64,000 nt of DNA from Thermoproteota archaeon (GTDB taxonomy: Archaea > Asgardarchaeota > Jordiarchaeia > Jordiarchaeales > Freyrarchaeaceae). Under the pieces are notes generated by a model. That model was not told the origin of the DNA. It saw only the letters and a list, made by a program, of their open reading frames with translations, and ran no database searches. Numbering within the stretch: the first letter of the stretch is position 1; every line of letters begins with the position of its first letter. Position numbers and translations under genes: made by a program. This document shows, piece by piece, positions 30,103-40,544 of the stretch. The stretch covers positions 1 to 64,000 of the forward strand of contig JAPDJY010000034.1 in assembly GCA_029258835.1 (NCBI GenBank), in the 5' to 3' direction.

Positions 30103-31084
30103 GCGTGTGCTCGTAACAGGGGGAGCCGGATTCATAGGATCACACCTTGTTGACCGGTTAATTGAAAGAAACGAAGTGGTTGTTCTTGACGACTTCTCCA
30201 GCGGCAGCATCGACAATATTAAACACAACATGAAACGCGACGGCTTCACTCTTATTAAAGGCGACATTCTCGATAAGTCCACTGTTAAGGAAGCAGTCAG
30301 AGACGTAGACGTAGTCTTTCACCAAGCCGCCGTGGTTGGCGTTAAGCATTACGTTGAAAACCCCCTAAGAGTGTTAACTACAAATGTTTTTGGCACCCAT
30401 AACCTCATAGATGCTTCCCTTGAAAATGGAGTGGAAAAGTTCGTTTTTGCGTCGACAAGCGAGATATACGGGAAAAACGATAATATTCCTTTAAGCGAGG
30501 AGGATAACCGCGTTTTAGGTCCAACAAACATAGCTAGATGGTGTTACTCCACCTCTAAAGCCATAGACGAACACTTCCTATTTGCTTACCGCGAGGAATA
30601 TGGGTTTCCAGTAGTCATCCTACGCTACTTCAACGTTTATGGACCTAGGCAGGGAACAAGCGACTACAGCGGAGTAATCCCGATCTTCATAAGAAGAGTG
30701 TTAAGAGGAGAGTCCCCCCTAATCCACGGTGATGGAAACCAGACAAGAGCCTTCATATACGTCTCAGACGCCGTCGAAGCAACACTACTCGCCGCCAGCA
30801 AAAGCGAAGCTGTGGGCACCGTCTTCAACGTGGGAAGCATGGAGGAGGTAACCATAAACCAGCTTGCTCGGCTAATCATCGAACTGGCAGGAGCCACCGA
30901 GGTTAAGCCGAGACACATACCTCACAATGAATTTTATGGTCCAAGTTATGAGGACATAAGAAGGCGTGTTCCAGATATAAGAAAAGCTGAAAGGATCTTG
31001 GGGTTTAAACCGAAAACATCTTTAAAGGATGGGTTAAAGAAGACGATAGAATGGTATAGAGCACGAATGAAAGCTAAACAGTAA
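30083..31084 (+). CDS. NAD-dependent nucleotide-sugar epimerase/dehydratase (UDP-glucuronate decarboxylase-like)
   Basis: TGGAGFIGSH, ASTSEIYG, RWCYSTSK (YxxxK), FNVYGPRQ, GDGNQTR. Confidence 0.9.
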   Translation: MTMLSGKRVLVTGGAGFIGSHLVDRLIERNEVVVLDDFSSGSIDNIKHNMKRDGFTLIKGDILDKSTVKEAVRDVDVVFHQAAVVGVKHYVENPLRVLTTNVFGTHNLIDASLENGVEKFVFASTSEIYGKNDNIPLSEEDNRVLGPTNIARWCYSTSKAIDEHFLFAYREEYGFPVVILRYFNVYGPRQGTSDYSGVIPIFIRRVLRGESPLIHGDGNQTRAFIYVSDAVEATLLAASKSEAVGTVFNVGSMEEVTINQLARLIIELAGATEVKPRHIPHNEFYGPSYEDIRRRVPDIRKAERILGFKPKTSLKDGLKKTIEWYRARMKAKQ

Positions 31085-31316
31085 TATTAGCCCCTTCTTT
31101 TCCAAGCTCCATTACTTCCCTCAGCAATTTAAGGGTCTCCTCAGCCTCCTCCGGCTTAAGCTTCTCTATGGCGTAACCAGTATGAATCATCACGTAATCT
31201 CCCACCCTAACATCGTCGAGTAAAGTAATAAATGCCTCCCTCACGACGCCTCCAAAGTCAACAATAGCCTTCTCACCGCGGACCTCTAAAACTTTAGCTG
31301 GAACCCCAAGACACAC
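31074..31316 (-). CDS. hypC: Hydrogenase maturation chaperone HypC
   Basis: GTG start gives MCLGVPAKV; VGDYVMIHTGYAI. Confidence 0.95.
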   Translation of the reverse strand: MCLGVPAKVLEVRGEKAIVDFGGVVREAFITLLDDVRVGDYVMIHTGYAIEKLKPEEAEETLKLLREVMELGKEGANITV

Positions 31317-31466
31317 GTCTACCAGCTCCCTTAACACACCCATCTTCAACTATATGCCGAAACAATTTTAAGTTTTCCTCAGAAGAGCCACCCTCATCTT
31401 TCCGTAATGAACCATCATGAGCCGAGAAAACGTGCTTACCCTGATTTTCCATCAATTCTCCGTTGC

Positions 31467-32012
31467 TCATATCCCTAGTATTATTTCTAGATATGACTTC
31501 AATTCGAAGCCTTCCGTCGGAATCCCCAGCTCCTTCGCCTTCATAATCAATTTTTCCCTTTTTCCCTCTATTTCCCCTTCATCTTCCACCGTCCCTTCAA
31601 TTTCGACGAAGAAACCGGCGTCCTCCACACAGTCTAAATGGAGCAACTCATCGTTAAACTTGTAAGTTTTCCTTTTCTTAACTACCTTCGCAACCCGTTT
31701 AAATCCGAGTTTCTCGAGAAGGGATACGAAGCTATTGAAATCCTCAACTTTAACTTGGATTTCCTCTCTAGTTTTCGATCTAGAATCTATCCTTGGCCCT
31801 TTATACGTAACCTCCACCCTACCCCTAGCACGCCTAACCCTTAACGCCTCGTCGCTTACCGCAAAGTTTCTTGAAGGATGCTGAAAGTAAACGTCCTCCT
31901 GCACTTCCTCACCTAGAAACTTTCCACCCAAAGTTAACACTTTAGACGCAATTTTTTCCATAAGTTCTCTTGGAACCCTATACTTAACTTCAACCTCTAT
32001 CATTAAACCCAC
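31467..32012 (-). CDS. cyaB: CYTH-family class IV adenylate cyclase/triphosphatase
   Basis: EVEVK, DVYF, ALRVR, TYKGP, KKR..Y, FVEIE, SYLE. Confidence 0.88.
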   Translation of the reverse strand: MGLMIEVEVKYRVPRELMEKIASKVLTLGGKFLGEEVQEDVYFQHPSRNFAVSDEALRVRRARGRVEVTYKGPRIDSRSKTREEIQVKVEDFNSFVSLLEKLGFKRVAKVVKKRKTYKFNDELLHLDCVEDAGFFVEIEGTVEDEGEIEGKREKLIMKAKELGIPTEGFELKSYLEIILGI

Positions 32013-33120
32013 CCTAATCTATATTTTCAAGTCATCATCAGTGCCGAAACCTAACACGGAAGGAAAAGTTATGTAACCGTTGCCAGCCAGTTTTCTTACA
32101 CCTCCACCTGATTTCATCATCAGCACGCCTCAACGCATTTGCGGACGCTGTCCATAATTTCTGAAAAAAGGAGCGATTAACGCAGTGCTCGTCTCCCTAT
32201 AAAATTTCCTATCTGTTGTATGTCCAACGAAAGCCATGCACGGACAGTCCTCCAAATGCCCTCCACAATCCTGCTGACTACCCCCGTCCTCGATCCATTT
32301 CATTGGAATCCTAACCGGCACCTACCATCCCCCTCAACGTAAGGATATGTCCTTCCCTTGAAACAAGGGTGATAGCATCCTCTGAACACGGCCCTGTAAA
32401 TTGCACCGGAAACCTCTCCCATCAGGTCTATGTATGCCCTGCCTAACGTGGGGCGGAGCATAGCGACGCAGAATTAGCAACCATGGTGAACCTTCCACAA
32501 CCCTATGTAATTTATCCAAGTTCAAGGCAGCTGCATAGTATCCTTTCAGGAAAGGTTGAACATTAAAGTTCATTTCCGGCCCTAAAGCTATGCATTTAGC
32601 GTGCTCACGGTTACAGGGTATGAAGGCCATTGGAAGAAAGGTTCCCGCAGTGGTATGCACCAATCTCCTCCCATCGAATTCATTCGGAAGGCTCCCTCCT
32701 CTCCGATGCTCATCATTCCAATGCTCAACGCCTCCGTTCCGTTGAGGGATGGTTGGAATGCCCTAGCAATCTCTCCATGCAGTCCTAGAGGCGTCAAGTG
32801 TAAAAACCTTTCACCTTGTTCATCCATCGGCAAAGATACACGACCCTGTAAACATCTCTCCGCAGTCTCAACGGTTTCCTCCATCTCTTCTACAGTAACT
32901 CTTCAAATAAAAAAGGTTACCTCTCCAGTTTCATCAAACGAATCGCCTAAGGATCGCCTAAAGGGAAAGTCGAATGGGCTTGATCGCGAATCTATAAAAA
33001 GAAGTTGAAATATGGTTTCCGAGAGAACACTTATATACTTCTGGAAGCGATTTAACTTCTGCCTTTCTTGTAAATTCTAGGAGGGACATAAAAATTTCAG
33101 GGAAAAACCATGGTGGAAAA

Positions 33121-33867
33121 GTGCTCCTTTTGGACCTAGACGGGACGCTCGGTTTTTCATTGATACCCGAAGAGGAAGCCATCTCTGAAACATTAGAGTT
33201 CATTTCTAGGAAATTAGCAAAGCGCTTCAACAGGGCAGTCAGCATAGAGGAATTGCACGCACTTTACAGGGAGACAAAGAGGGAACAGTACAGCATCTAC
33301 CATCTTAACCCGAAAAGGCATAATAAAGACTTAAGGTGGGAGATGCTTCTCAACAAGCTGGAAAGTAAAGTGGGTGTTAGGTTACCTGAAGACTTCCGCG
33401 ATGAGGTTAGGATGCGTTACTGGTCTTCTTTTGAAAGCAAGGCTAAGCCTTATCCTGATGCACAGGAAACCCTAGAAAAGTTGATGGGAGGCTTTGTAGT
33501 GGTGATCGTAACTAATAACGACCTTGCGGAAGCGCAGAGGAAACTAAGGATTTTCGGCTTAAAAGAGGGGAAGCACTATGATATCCTCATCACATCCGAA
33601 AACTTTAACGTCTGCAAGCCTTCACCAGATTTTCTCAAGAAACTTCTTCCCTTCCTCGAGCAAAAACTAAATTGCAAGGTAACCCTCGACAATGTGGTCA
33701 TAATAGGTGACGACCCTAAAAATGATATAGCGTGGGCCAGATCTGTTGGAGCCAAAGCTATAAGGATTAAGAGGGATCTTCTCGCTGACCTTGAACCAGG
33801 AAGCGAGGCAGAGAAGGCTGACCACGTAATCGAAAACCTATCAGACTTGCTCAACATACTCCGTTAA
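33121..33867 (+). CDS. HAD-superfamily hydrolase
   Basis: DLDGT, VTN, CKPSP, IGDDPKNDI. Confidence 0.9.
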   Translation: MLLLDLDGTLGFSLIPEEEAISETLEFISRKLAKRFNRAVSIEELHALYRETKREQYSIYHLNPKRHNKDLRWEMLLNKLESKVGVRLPEDFRDEVRMRYWSSFESKAKPYPDAQETLEKLMGGFVVVIVTNNDLAEAQRKLRIFGLKEGKHYDILITSENFNVCKPSPDFLKKLLPFLEQKLNCKVTLDNVVIIGDDPKNDIAWARSVGAKAIRIKRDLLADLEPGSEAEKADHVIENLSDLLNILR

Positions 33868-33916
33868 ATCCTCCGTTAAATCTTTTAATTATCCTCCTAC
33901 TTGGAGGTTTCCTTAA

Positions 33917-35206
33917 ATGGACGTTATCGAGAAGGTTTTCTCCAAGATCGGGTTAGAGTTTGACGCGGAGGTAGGAGCATACATCCATAAAAAGACCAAT
34001 ATTCCTTTAACAGTTCATTATGACCAAGAGAAAGAAGAGCTTGTTTTGCTGGATCAAACTAAGCTTCCCTTCGAGGTCGCTGTTTGGAGAACTAAAGACT
34101 GGAGGGAAGCAGGAGATCCTGGAATAAAGGGGATGATAGTTAGAGGGAGCCAAGCCATAGGGTGTGCCGCGGGCTACGCTATGTTGCTCGCAGCAAACAG
34201 TTTTAGAAACCTGAAAGAGAATCGTTTCACAGAGAAAATGGCTGAGGCAGCGTCCTTCTTAGACGCTACAAGGCCGACCGCGTCCCCCTTAAGGTGGGCT
34301 GTGGAGCTCTGCATGAAAGCTATGCGGAGCGCGCTCCGAGACGGAGGAGTTGAAGAGGCAATTGAAGCCATTAGGGAGACTGCAGACTACATACTCGCCT
34401 CTGATTTGGTCATGAACTGGTACCTGAGACAGGAAGGGAAGCCGCTAATAAGTGACGGCGACGTAATAATGACACACTGTAACGGGGGAAGCTTATCCTC
34501 AAGTTTCGGAGGGCATGCCCTAGGGATGATCGAAGAAGCTTACGCTGAAGGAAAGGACATTATGGTTATCTCTAAGGAGACCAGACCTAGAAGTCAAGGC
34601 TTCAAACTTACAACATGGGAGCTTAACCGGGCAGGTGTCCCAGTAGTTATCATAACGGATAACATGATTTCCTCCGCGATAGAACGGTTTAAGGTTTCAA
34701 AGGTGCTGCTTGGGGTCGACAGGGTTGCGAGGGACGGCTCGGTAGCCAATAAGATAGGCTCCGCCGACATAGCGCGCGTAGCAGCGCTCTACGGCAACAT
34801 AGACTTCTACTATGCTACATCATACAGCACCATAGATCTAGATACGGATCATGGTAGCAGCATTCCAATAGAGGAGAGAAGCATAGAAGAAGTTACATAC
34901 CCGTACAGGCTTGAAGCACAAGACAAACGGGTAAAAGGCATACTATCCGGGAAAAGCCTAGGTGAATGGCCTCCCAAGGAAGTTCTCGTTCATGGTAAAC
35001 CAGGGAAGGGTCAGATAGCAATTTATAACCCTGCTTTCGACGTAACTCCTCCAAAACTGATAGACTTGATTATAACTGACATAGGGGTTTTTGCCCCTCA
35101 ACAGATAAGAACGCTCACCGAGGAAAAAATAACCCAGATCGTAAGGGAGAGGCTGGAGAAGCAAGGAGTAACGGTGCCGAAGCATATAATCAGCTCGCGG
35201 GATTAA
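33917..35206 (+). CDS. mtnA: Methylthioribose-1-phosphate isomerase (eIF2B alpha-like family)
   Basis: LLDQTKLP, MIVRGSQAIG, TRPTA, MTHCN.G, ETRPRSQG.KLT.WEL, VANKIG, IPIEER, NPAFDVTP. Confidence 0.85.
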   Translation: MDVIEKVFSKIGLEFDAEVGAYIHKKTNIPLTVHYDQEKEELVLLDQTKLPFEVAVWRTKDWREAGDPGIKGMIVRGSQAIGCAAGYAMLLAANSFRNLKENRFTEKMAEAASFLDATRPTASPLRWAVELCMKAMRSALRDGGVEEAIEAIRETADYILASDLVMNWYLRQEGKPLISDGDVIMTHCNGGSLSSSFGGHALGMIEEAYAEGKDIMVISKETRPRSQGFKLTTWELNRAGVPVVIITDNMISSAIERFKVSKVLLGVDRVARDGSVANKIGSADIARVAALYGNIDFYYATSYSTIDLDTDHGSSIPIEERSIEEVTYPYRLEAQDKRVKGILSGKSLGEWPPKEVLVHGKPGKGQIAIYNPAFDVTPPKLIDLIITDIGVFAPQQIRTLTEEKITQIVRERLEKQGVTVPKHIISSRD

Positions 35207-35257
35207 TTCCAAAAACATTTTTATTTCTCCGTTAAAACTAAAGAACCTTGAAGGCCG

Positions 35258-35386
35258 GCGGGGGTTGCCTAGTGGCTAGCAGGGCAAGAAGCACGCCCAC
35301 AAAAGGCGCTGGCCTGGAGTTAGCTGCTACCTGAAAGCCAGTTCCCCGTTTGGGGAGCGTGGGTTCGAATCCCACCCCCCGCGCCA
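35258..35386 (+). tRNA. tRNA-Ser(GGA), two introns (D-loop 35278-35302; 37/38 35320-35335), CCA encoded
   Basis: Acceptor GCGGGGG/CCCCCGC, G73, long variable arm, T arm GTGGG-TTCGAAT-CCCAC; central helices GUGG/CCAC and CUGG/CCUG (one U.U mismatch). Confidence 0.88.
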
Positions 35387-35387
35387 C

Positions 35388-36718
35388 CTAATAACATCCC
35401 TCCTCAAGCTCCTTAAGCCAGCTGATTCTTTCCTTAACGGGTTCACCGAAGGGATTCTGGCGGGACTCCACGTATTCAGCTATCTTCAAGTGTGGGGGTG
35501 GAGCATAGCCCAGGCTTACTAGGCGCTGCCTGAGCTTCTCGATCATGGACGGTACATCTATTTCAAGGGGACACACCTTCACGCATGCGCCACATCCGGT
35601 ACAGCTAAAGGCTACGGGGGCCGCTTTCTCAACTCCATGGAAGAACGCTGTGAATATTGCTCCTATGCCGCCGACATACCGGTAGCCCATCACCTGCCCT
35701 CCAACCTTACCGTAAACGGGACAGACGTTTAGACACGCGCCACATCTAATACAATATGCCGCCTCTTTAAAGTTTGGGATCAAAGATCATACTACTTCTA
35801 CCATTATCCAGCAGAACTAGGTGGAGTTCTCTGGGGCCATGTGCTCCGATGGTTGTTGTTAGTTCTATGTCGGCTGTCCTGCTTGGGTCGGTTATAAGTG
35901 AAACGTAGCAAGCCATTAGCTGCCCGGTTGCGTTTGGAGGGAGAAGCTGAACTATCGCCATAGCGTCATCGATCGTTGGGACAACCTTCTCTATACCCGC
36001 TACGCAGACGTGTACTGGCGGCACGTTGGAGACGAAGCGGGCATTCCCCTCATTTTCAAGTATAATCAAGTATAACAATAGTTCCTGTCTCCGCTGCTAT
36101 TACGTTGGCACCGGTTATCCCGACGTCGGCGCTCATGAATTCTCTGCGGAGCAGCTGCCTCGCCGTTAGAGCGAGAGCTTCGACGTTAGGTGAAACCCTT
36201 CTACCAGTGGCTTTAGAGAAGAGGGCTGCAACCTCCTCCTTAGGAACATGGATGGCGGGAACCACCATGTGCGTCGCCCTCTCCCCCCTAAGTTGCACTA
36301 TGAATTCCCTAAGGTCTGTTTCAACGACCCTGAACCCCTCCCTCTCTAAGGCCTCGTTTAAGTCCACTTCCTCCGTAACCATAGATTTACTCTTGATAAT
36401 TAATTGAGCCTCGTGTTCAGAGCACACTTTAATAACGTACTTCCTGAGCTCCTCGGAATCCTCTGACAGGTGAAAGCTGCATCCTAACTCTTCCGCTCTC
36501 TCCTTCAGAATGGAAATTAACTGGGTTAAATTCTCTATCGACCACGCTTTCACCTCTCTCGCCCTCTTCCTTAACCATTGAATGTATGGTAGCGATGCAA
36601 CTGCTTCCTTTCTTGCCATTGAAAACCGTGCCGTGGCTCTTTCCAAAGCCAACTGTAGCCTTTCATCACGGATGGCACTGGAAACCTTTTCCTTATACTC
36701 TTCGTACCATTCACTCAT
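35388..36718 (-). pseudogene. lutB: LutB/LldF-like lactate-utilisation Fe-S protein with two frameshifts
   Basis: KSKSMVTEE, ETDLREF (G->R in motif), HMVVPAIH, GITGAN, ENEGNAR, GAHGP, CIRCGACLNVCP spread over three ORFs; 10-nt duplication at 36056-36075 and one extra base near 35773-35778. Confidence 0.85.
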
Positions 36719-37473
36719 GGTCCACTCGTCACCCCTCTTAACGCTTCCCAGACGAGTTCGGGTAGGTCGAGCACCCTTACATCTAACCCGTATCTATCCG
36801 CAGCGTCTCTAAGGTTCTTGACGCAGAAGGGACATGCTGTAACCAGTACGTCGACCCCCACTGAGATGGCCTGTTTAAGCCTTTCAGCAGCTATAGCTAG
36901 GCTGAGATCGGTGAGAGCAGACCTAACGCCTCCCCCTGCCCCGCAGCAGTATGCTTCATCACGGCTTTTAGCCATCTCCACCAATGTGACTCCCGGAATG
37001 GCCTTTATAACCCTTCTTGGAGCCTCATAAATGCCTAAGTGTCGTCCAAGGTGGCATGGGTCACAATACGTCACCTTTAACCGTACTTCACCACCAAGCT
37101 CTACTCCACATTCACTTAGCACGTCCTCTATGAGTTGGGAGATGTGAAGCGTCTCGAAGGGAATGTTGCCTATAATTTCAGGATACTCACGAAACGTTCT
37201 GAAGCAACCTGCACACGACGTTACAACTACCTCTACGTTCCTCCTCGAAATCCTTCTGACGTTTTCTCTAGCAATTTTCTTGGCAGCTTCTCTTTGACCC
37301 GTCCGAAGGAGAACCGAGCCGCAGCACCCTTCCTCCTCCCCAAGCATAGTGAACTCAACATCCAAAGACCTGAGAACCCTGACGGTTGCTTTCGCTCTCT
37401 CCTTTACACGGTATGAAGCCATGCATCCAGCCCAGTATAATATGTCTGCCCTTAACCAAAAGCATCCCTCCAA
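36715..37473 (-). CDS. CCG-domain Fe-S oxidoreductase subunit (LutA/GlpC/HdrD-like); start uncertain
   Basis: WAGC, EGCCG, TSCAGC, YCDPCHLGR, YCCGAGGG, TACPFC. Confidence 0.85.
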   Translation of the reverse strand: MEGCFWLRADILYWAGCMASYRVKERAKATVRVLRSLDVEFTMLGEEEGCCGSVLLRTGQREAAKKIARENVRRISRRNVEVVVTSCAGCFRTFREYPEIIGNIPFETLHISQLIEDVLSECGVELGGEVRLKVTYCDPCHLGRHLGIYEAPRRVIKAIPGVTLVEMAKSRDEAYCCGAGGGVRSALTDLSLAIAAERLKQAISVGVDVLVTACPFCVKNLRDAADRYGLDVRVLDLPELVWEALRGVTSGP

Positions 37474-37533
37474 ACATTAAAAGTGAATCTCCCACATTTA
37501 GCCATAGTTATCTTGGTGGCTTCGCGTCCCAGC

Positions 37534-39876
37534 TCAGCGTACAAGCTCTACCACGTGCTTCTTGCCATCATCCACTAGACTGACCGTGACCTCTCCCTTT
37601 CCGGCTAAGAACCCTCCCTCCCTCCCGTCCATGATCACTTCTTTAACGTCGTCAATGCATCTGAACATAACCTTGTAGCTTTCTCTTTCAGGATTATACT
37701 TTCCTTTCCTCTCGCCAATCTCCAACCTAACCCTGTCCCCAAAGACGCCACACGCCATCCTCGTTACCGCATATTCGGAATCCACGCTTTCCCCGTCATC
37801 CTCGTAAAGGTTAAACTCTCCATTTCCAGGGTAAACTTCTAAGGTTAACTCGTCAACTTTCTTCTCTCCAACGTAACTCATAGGAGGCCATTCAGGTATC
37901 ATCGCCCCTTCAGCGACAAAGAGCGGTATTCTTTCAAGGGGTGCTTCGACGTCCCCTTCCCAGGGGCCAATGTGCTTTTCCCCAGTCCAATAGTTGTACC
38001 ATACGCCCTTGGGGAGATATACCTTCCTCAACCGTGCTCCTTTAACGTAGACTGGAGCCACGAGGATGAACGGTCCAAAGAGGAACTCGTCGCCTCTATA
38101 GCATCTCTCATCGTTCGGGTAATGTAGGAAAAGAGGCCTCATGATGGGCATTCCAGTTTGCAAATGCTCCCAGAAAAGTGAGTAAATATATGGCAGAAGA
38201 GCATAGCGTAGCTTTATGTAGGTTCGCGCAATTTTTTCAACGTTTTCACCGAAAACCCATGGCTCTTGCTTCCACCCCTTAAAGGTGTGGCTTCTGCAGA
38301 GAGGATAAAATACTCCAAGCTGGATCCACCTAGCGTACATTTCAGGCGTACATCTTGCTATGAACGGTCTTTTAAACGCCAGCTTGCCAAAGCCTCCAAT
38401 ATCCGCTCCGGCGAAGGGTACACCGCTAACACTTAAGTTAAGTAGCATCTCGACGCTCAGCAGTATATGATCCCACGTGCTCATGTTATCCCCCGTCCAA
38501 GTGGCAGCGTACCTCTGAATGCCAGCGTACCCAGACCTCGTCAATATGAACGTCCTCTTATCGGGATGTACGGTGTTAAAGGCCTTAACAGTAGCGACGG
38601 CCTCTAAAAGTGCATAAACGTTTCGTACCTCTTCAAACGGTAGAAAGCGCTTTCCGTCATAGAAGACTACGTCGTCGATTTTAATGCGTGGTCGCCTCAC
38701 CATCACCAAGTTGTCATATACTGGCTCATTCATGTCATTCCAGATACCCGAGACCCCCTCACGCAGTAGTTTAATGTAGAGGCTGGCCCACCACTCTCGA
38801 ACTTCCTCTCTGGTTAGGTCCGGGAAAACCTCGCCGCCAGCCCAAACGACCCCTGTAAATAACTTCCCATTTCTCCTCCTCACGAAGTATCCTTTTTCGA
38901 CGCCTTCCCTGTAAACATCGTAGTTCCTGTCCCTTTTCACTCCCACCTCGGCTATGGCTACAACCTTAACACCTTTCTTCATGGCTTCCCTAGTAAACCC
39001 CTTAGGATCCGGAAATCTTTTAGGATGCCATGTGAAAGCCCTGTAACCATCCATGTAGTCTATGTCGAGGTAGACCACGTCGCACGGTATATCACGCCGT
39101 CTAAACTCGTCTATGATTCTTAACACTTGATCCGCGCTTTTGTAACCCCATCTTGACTGTTGATATCCAAGCGCCCACAGGGGAGGAAGCGGGGTACGCC
39201 CTGTTAGAAGCGTATATTTCTCTATGACCTCAGAAGGACTGGGTCCAGGAATAACGTAATATTTTGCTTCTCCTCCATTAGCTGTCACAGTGTAGACTGT
39301 GGGATCGCTGAAGCCCATATCAAAAACCGTTTCGTAAGTGTTATCTAGAAAGAAGCCGTAGGAAAACCCCTTTCTTAATGCTATGAAGAAAGGTATGGAC
39401 TTGTAAAGTGGATCTGTGTTGCGGTTGTAGCATTGAGGGTCGGTGTTCTTCATCACCAGGCGGCATCCCCTTTTATCAAACGTCTTAGCTTTCTCTCCGA
39501 ATCCAAAATAGTGCTCGCCATCAGCTATTTTCTTTCTAATAGTGAAGCCGCCGTCCCATAGCTCGATTGGTGAGGCGTCACAGCAAAACTCTGCATTGTT
39601 AAACGTGAACGAGAATGTGCAGCTCCTCTTATCAACGTAAACCACCACTTTTCCGTCCCCAGCTACTAGCCCATCTCCATCATCATTGACCGTGACTTTG
39701 ACTTCTCCAATATCTTCTCTGACAACCGCCCAAGACCCGTCTTCCTTAAGTGAGGTGGCTACCCTTAACTTGACACAGCCCCTACCGATGAAGGCAACTT
39801 CAGCCTCCCCATGCTCACATCTAAGAGTGAAATTCCTCTGGGAAGAATAGCTCTCCAAGACTCTCCCTATCTTCAA
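37534..39876 (-). CDS. Glycoside hydrolase family 31 alpha-glucosidase
   Basis: PLYKSIPF, LPPLWALGYQQSRW, LDIDYM, WNDMNEP nucleophile, WTGDN, GADIGGF. Confidence 0.95.
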   Translation of the reverse strand: MKIGRVLESYSSQRNFTLRCEHGEAEVAFIGRGCVKLRVATSLKEDGSWAVVREDIGEVKVTVNDDGDGLVAGDGKVVVYVDKRSCTFSFTFNNAEFCCDASPIELWDGGFTIRKKIADGEHYFGFGEKAKTFDKRGCRLVMKNTDPQCYNRNTDPLYKSIPFFIALRKGFSYGFFLDNTYETVFDMGFSDPTVYTVTANGGEAKYYVIPGPSPSEVIEKYTLLTGRTPLPPLWALGYQQSRWGYKSADQVLRIIDEFRRRDIPCDVVYLDIDYMDGYRAFTWHPKRFPDPKGFTREAMKKGVKVVAIAEVGVKRDRNYDVYREGVEKGYFVRRRNGKLFTGVVWAGGEVFPDLTREEVREWWASLYIKLLREGVSGIWNDMNEPVYDNLVMVRRPRIKIDDVVFYDGKRFLPFEEVRNVYALLEAVATVKAFNTVHPDKRTFILTRSGYAGIQRYAATWTGDNMSTWDHILLSVEMLLNLSVSGVPFAGADIGGFGKLAFKRPFIARCTPEMYARWIQLGVFYPLCRSHTFKGWKQEPWVFGENVEKIARTYIKLRYALLPYIYSLFWEHLQTGMPIMRPLFLHYPNDERCYRGDEFLFGPFILVAPVYVKGARLRKVYLPKGVWYNYWTGEKHIGPWEGDVEAPLERIPLFVAEGAMIPEWPPMSYVGEKKVDELTLEVYPGNGEFNLYEDDGESVDSEYAVTRMACGVFGDRVRLEIGERKGKYNPERESYKVMFRCIDDVKEVIMDGREGGFLAGKGEVTVSLVDDGKKHVVELVR

Positions 39877-39923
39877 GATATGCCCCCTCGCCTATGTTCT
39901 TCAACGCCTCTAAGCTCCCTTTC

Positions 39924-40373
39924 TCATATGTCGAGGACGAACACGAGGCGTGCTTCATCTTCCCCAACATTAATTTCCATTTCGTGATACGTTGCTGCTT
40001 TGACATCGGTCTTTGAGACGTGCTTTTCAGGGTTAAACCTTTCACCCCTCGCCGTTGCGGCCAGTCTGTACCGTCCATCCTCCCTTCTTATCTCTTCAAC
40101 GTTAACCACAGAGAAGATCAGCCCCTCGGAGTCGGTCAAATATATGAATTCTTCAAGCCAGTTGTAAAGTAAGCTCTCTAGGTCCTCCCCCTCCACCTCT
40201 ATTCTCCTTTCCACCTCAGGGTTAACCCTTGAGGTATCCGTCATTAACTCGTAGAGTGCCTTAGCAGCCTCCTCGAAAGCCTCCTCCAAGCTTCCCCCTT
40301 TGGCCTCTATTTTAGCGTCCGCCGTATGCTCAAGAAACCTAAAGCCACCCATCCATCTCATCCCCCTCTTCAT
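39924..40373 (-). CDS. Archease (RtcB RNA-ligase cofactor)
   Basis: FLEHTAD, LLYNWLEE, DVKAATYH, terminal VLDI. Confidence 0.95.
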   Translation of the reverse strand: MKRGMRWMGGFRFLEHTADAKIEAKGGSLEEAFEEAAKALYELMTDTSRVNPEVERRIEVEGEDLESLLYNWLEEFIYLTDSEGLIFSVVNVEEIRREDGRYRLAATARGERFNPEKHVSKTDVKAATYHEMEINVGEDEARLVFVLDI

Positions 40374-40544
40374 CCTCCCTTTATCACTTCAACTATGAAA
40401 AAGCTTTGCCTTCTCTCCAAGCACGCTAGCCATACCATGTAACGCCTTAACTTGATGCTAGAGCTCTCAGATGGTATCTGTATAATACCAAGCTTCAAAA
40501 CATTAACCCTCCTTGGTTTCAGGTAAAGGGCTGGAGGTTCTCGG

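Noticed and set aside
35760-36080. lutB frameshifts as further mRNA introns
   Set aside because: One is an exact 10-nt tandem duplication and the other a single extra base; neither can form a helix-bulge motif.
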